Shown here one piece after another: positions 58,531 through 64,000 of a stretch of DNA of 64,000 nucleotides. Positions within the stretch are counted from its first letter, which is position 1. Each line of letters opens with the position of its first letter. A program made the position numbers and the translations under genes. Below the pieces are notes generated by a model that did no database searches, was not told where the DNA came from, and saw nothing but the letters and a program-made list of their open reading frames with translations. Source of the DNA: Octopus vulgaris (lineage: Eukaryota); the NCBI GenBank assembly GCA_951406725.2, contig OX597815.1, positions 3,286,001-3,350,000 of the forward strand. Reading direction: 5' to 3'.

Positions 58531-58888
58531 TGTGTGTGTGCATGAGTGTGTGTGTACGTGTGTGTGCGTGTGTGTGCGTGTTTGTGTGTGTGAGTCTGTG
58601 TGCACGCGTGAGTGAGTGTGTGTGCGTGTGTGTGTGCGTGAGAGTGTGTGTGCGCGTGAGTGTGTGCGTGTGCATGCCTGAGTGTGTGTGTGTGCATGCC
58701 TGAGAGTGTGTGTGCGTGTGTACTAGAGCGTGAAAGTGTGCAGACGAGAGTAACAGAGCAGGCGTGTGTGAAATGCGTGAAGAAGGATTTCATTTCCATT
58801 TTTTTTATTGCTTCTTTCCTTTTATGGCATTCTTCGAGAGAGGCTCCAAGTCAAAAAGACAAAAAGAGCAGCAGAAGGGAGAGGGGGA

Positions 58889-58923
<35 letters not shown>

Positions 58924-59075
58924 GAAGAAAGGAAAAAGAGGGAAGAAGAAAAAAGACAGAGGTGGAGAAAAGAGAAGAAAATGAATGAAAAAATAAGTGC
59001 AACAATAACAACATAACAACAACAACAATAATAATAATAATAATGATGATGATGATGATGATGATGATGATAATA

Positions 59076-59122
<47 letters not shown>

Positions 59123-59147
59123 AATGATGATGATGATGATAATAAGG

Positions 59148-59187
<40 letters not shown>

Positions 59188-59449
59188 TAATAATAAGGGC
59201 AATAATTCAGATTACCTTTAGGAGATGACTAAAAGCAAACGAAGCTGATTTGTGTTGAAGAATTTCGGGGTTTCCTCCCCCCGCGGCCCCTAAAAACGCC
59301 AACATTGTAATGTCAATCAGTTTGTGGAGTGGAAAGTATTCCAATGAGTTTAATCAAACAGCCACAAGGTAGACTGCACGCGCTGGCGTAAATCATTCGA
59401 CATTAGTCTGATGACCTATCGTGCTACCAAGATGCATTTCTTATGTTGC

Positions 59450-59900
<451 letters not shown>

Positions 59901-60364
59901 TAGCAGCAATAGCATGATATCTTCACCGTCGCCACAATTAAGTTAATTGCTAAGGCGGTGAAATTCGAGCGCTTGTCCTCGCATTTTGTATATTGGGACT
60001 CTTATTTTTAATTTCAGTTTTCTTTTTAATCATGGGAAAAGGAGGCCAGGAGGTCAGGCGGTCGGGTGGTCAGGAGGTCAGGAGGTCAATGATCGCTTTA
60101 CGAACTACTTAAATTATTATTTGCATAAACCTTTAATAGCAATGTCTGGTCTATTAACAATAACCCTGGTTTTTCTGTCATTCTTAATGGAACCGTTCCA
60201 GAAGGTGTTCTGATCAAGGATGTTCCCTTAACCTAGAACAGGTTTACAAACCTACATTTTCCAGCGGAAACTGACCAACCTAATTAAGTCAATTTACACC
60301 ACTACATTCAACAAATATCCAACGCTTATTTTCAGTGTGATTTACCGTTTCCTTAGACAGTCCA

Positions 60365-60790
60365 AGAGTGGAGAGGGAAGTGCTGTCCTCGAGTGCATTC
60401 AGTGGAAGGTGGGTGAAAGTTGCGAAAATGGCAAGAGTGGATGGTACCTCTCTAAGTGTAGACCTGTGAATCGGAGAGAAAGAATTGAAGAGGGTACTTG
60501 CTCTTGGAGTTTTCAGAGAAATCTCGAACAGTGGGGTTCCTCGATTATCCCTAGAGGCGTTCCTTTATCAGGAGGGTCACATCTCTATTATGTCTCCTCC
60601 ACCTTTTTAACCTTTGTATGCTATATATACGTCCCTTTTTTAGTGTATAAAGTGTATAATTACATTTTTCTTTATTTTTTTATCATTTCATTATTAAATG
60701 TAACACTCCACACTTTCTATGTCCCCCTCATCCTTCGCCCTTGTGGCAAATAAATTAAATCATTATTATTATTATTATTATTATTGTTGT
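60365..60790 (+). mobile_element. Tx1/L1-like LINE 3' end with 3' UTR and (ATT)n tail
   Basis: RVEREVLSSSAFSGRWVKVAKMARV* fits the Tx1-type F..RW terminus, followed by AATAAA and a microsatellite tail. Confidence 0.55.
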
Positions 60791-61339
60791 TGTTGTTGTT
60801 GTTGTTGTTATCCTCATCTTCCTTAGCGACTACGACAGCAACTCTCGCATGAAAATCCATGGCATGTGTGTGTTCAACAATACAAACTAAGCCCCTTCTA
60901 AACAGAATGAGGGAACCCATTTCACATTGGTTACGTCACTTTCACTCATTAATACATTATGCATCGTGCATATTCTCACTTCCGCTTCTTTACTTCCGGC
61001 TGCTTCTCCAGTTTTTGCTTCTGCAAAAATGATCGTCACAACACAAAGTTATTTCTCTTTCAACGTTACATAATTTACATTTTTGCATTGTGTGGCTTTT
61101 CCCTAAAATATCTTTGCTGTTAAATCTCCCAAACATCAACAAATCTCTCATTTTAATATATTTATATATTTTTTTTCTGCTAAAGAGGTCGACACATCAA
61201 ACAATTAGAACACAAGGATTAGGTCTTTGTTGATGAGCCGAGGGTTATATTATGAGTCTTGGCAATGTTATACAATATATATCTGTGTGTGTGTGTGCAT
61301 GTGTGTGAGTGTATGTGAGTGTGTGCATACCTATAATAT

Positions 61340-61428
<89 letters not shown>

Positions 61429-61553
61429 TAAATAGATACATATTTATAAATACATATATGTATATAGGTATATTATATCTATCTATCTATGTATATATAT
61501 ATATATCCATATATATGGATATATATATATAAATACATATATGTATGTATATA

Positions 61554-61630
<77 letters not shown>

Positions 61631-61884
61631 TATATATGTGTGTATGTATGTGTGTGTGTGTGTGTGTGTGTATTCGCAATATAATAGAATTGAAATTATG
61701 GTGAAGCGGTATCAAGAAGAGCCAAAGCTTGTATGATACAAACGTTTATGTAACAGCAACAACAACAATAAATAAACTAATTTCGTACGTTAAATTTATG
61801 GCAAAATATTTGAGACGTTTTTAACCGATTTTCTCTTCAGTTTTTCTTGATGATCTTGTTGTTTTCAGTTTTGTTGTGATTTTT

Positions 61885-62580
<696 letters not shown>

Positions 62581-63040
62581 TTAATGATGATAGTGGTAGT
62601 TGAAATAATAATAGAATTTTCTAATTAAATAGTTTCATAAAATAAGACAGAATATAACACGCATACATACGTATGTATATATGTATGTATGAATGTATGT
62701 ATGTATGTATGTATTATATATTGTAAAATAACAAAAAAACCTTACGTTGTAACAATTTGGATTTTAAAGAACGCCATCGCATCAAAAGAAGACGAGGGCG
62801 ATGAATTTGAAAAAAATAATTGGATAATAAAATTGTCAATTGAACACCATTTAGCCATATTGCTTTTGGCTTGGTGTCATCTCATTTGCATATCGCAGCT
62901 AAATGGCAATGTTGCTGTTATTGCTGTTGTTGTTGTTGTTTTTAATAAACAATGGAACCAATAAGGACCACGACGAAACAACGGAGGAAACAAAACATAT
63001 TTATTTTTTCATTTACATCCACAGCTCAGCTGTTAGAAAT

Positions 63041-63272
63041 GGCGGCCAGTTGGCAGCGTGGTTAGCACGCCGGGCGAAATGCTTAGCGGTATTTCATCTG
63101 CCGTTACGTTCTGAGTTCAAATTCCGCCGTGGTCGATTTTGCCTTTCATCCTTTCGGGGTCGATAAATTAAGTACCAGTTACGCACTGGGGTCGATATAA
63201 TCGACGTAATCTATCTGTCTGTCCTCGTTTGTCCCCTCTGTGTTTAGCCCCTTGTGGGTAATAAAGAAATAG
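63041..63272 (+). mobile_element. SINE C
   Basis: Full-length copy. Confidence 0.8.
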
Positions 63273-63377
63273 GCTTAGTCACGCAGCGCGGCACCGTGAG
63301 CGAGTGCCTTCTACAATAACCGCAAAGCTATCAATGCTTTTGGCAGTGAATTTGGTCGGCGGAGAACCTATAGCAAG

Positions 63378-63425
<48 letters not shown>

Positions 63426-63843
63426 CATGCATACATACGTACCCACATACATTCATACATACATACATCATGCATGATGGTAATCATGGCTGTCCACTCG
63501 TGGCCAACTAAGATCATTACTGACCATTGCCCCTGCAAAATGCCAACAATCTCCGTGCATGATGTTATTTCACCAGCAATCGGCTTCCCCCGGTTTCGCG
63601 CCCGTGGCTTTGATGCTCGACCTCCAACGGGGCGACTGTACAACCTACCATTTTGGGTCGAATAAGGGGCTTGCACAAACCTCACAGACCCTCTCCACCC
63701 TACAGAAATGATTTGGGGACAAGACAGGGAAGGATATCCAGTGGCATTATGAGCTGAAGGCCCAGGATGGGGGAGAACTGAGATTTCAAACGCAAGCAAA
63801 ATATCCCCAAAATGTTCAATACGTACAGATATACACACACACA

Positions 63844-63907
<64 letters not shown>

Positions 63908-64000
63908 TACGTACAACCATATATACATAAACATATATATGTGTGTGTACTTGTGTGCATGTAAGGTATATACGTGTATATATATATATATATATATATT

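Noticed and set aside
63368-63934. 188-aa minus-strand ORF
   Set aside because: Both ends are microsatellite and the centre has no recognisable motif.

Overview
Eukaryotic, very microsatellite-rich genomic DNA. The repeat content suggests a cephalopod such as Octopus (inference). The only recognisable host gene is the 3' part of a single-minded (SIM, bHLH-PAS) gene on the minus strand, with four coding exons: 57338-57537, 55411-55517, 52845-52992 and a 2.5-kb terminal exon at 32263-34765. All splice sites are GT-AG and phases join in frame. The bHLH and most PAS-A exons were not found and probably lie beyond 64000. The rest is simple repeats, three tRNA-derived SINE families and decayed transposons (Penelope-like, Tc1, Helitron, CR1/L2-like, Tx1-like, R4/Dong-like, RTE-like). 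Nearly all ORFs in the supplied track are microsatellite artefacts. The most striking unannotated signal is about 14 complete-topology type I hammerhead ribozyme motifs plus several half-motifs. Most have a palindromic stem III, many sit beside (TA)n tracts, and several lie inside fold-back inverted duplications. The best example is a ~380-bp element at 25433-25810 with two canonical hammerheads on opposite strands around a perfect 52-bp palindrome. All structures were read by eye and none has been tested.
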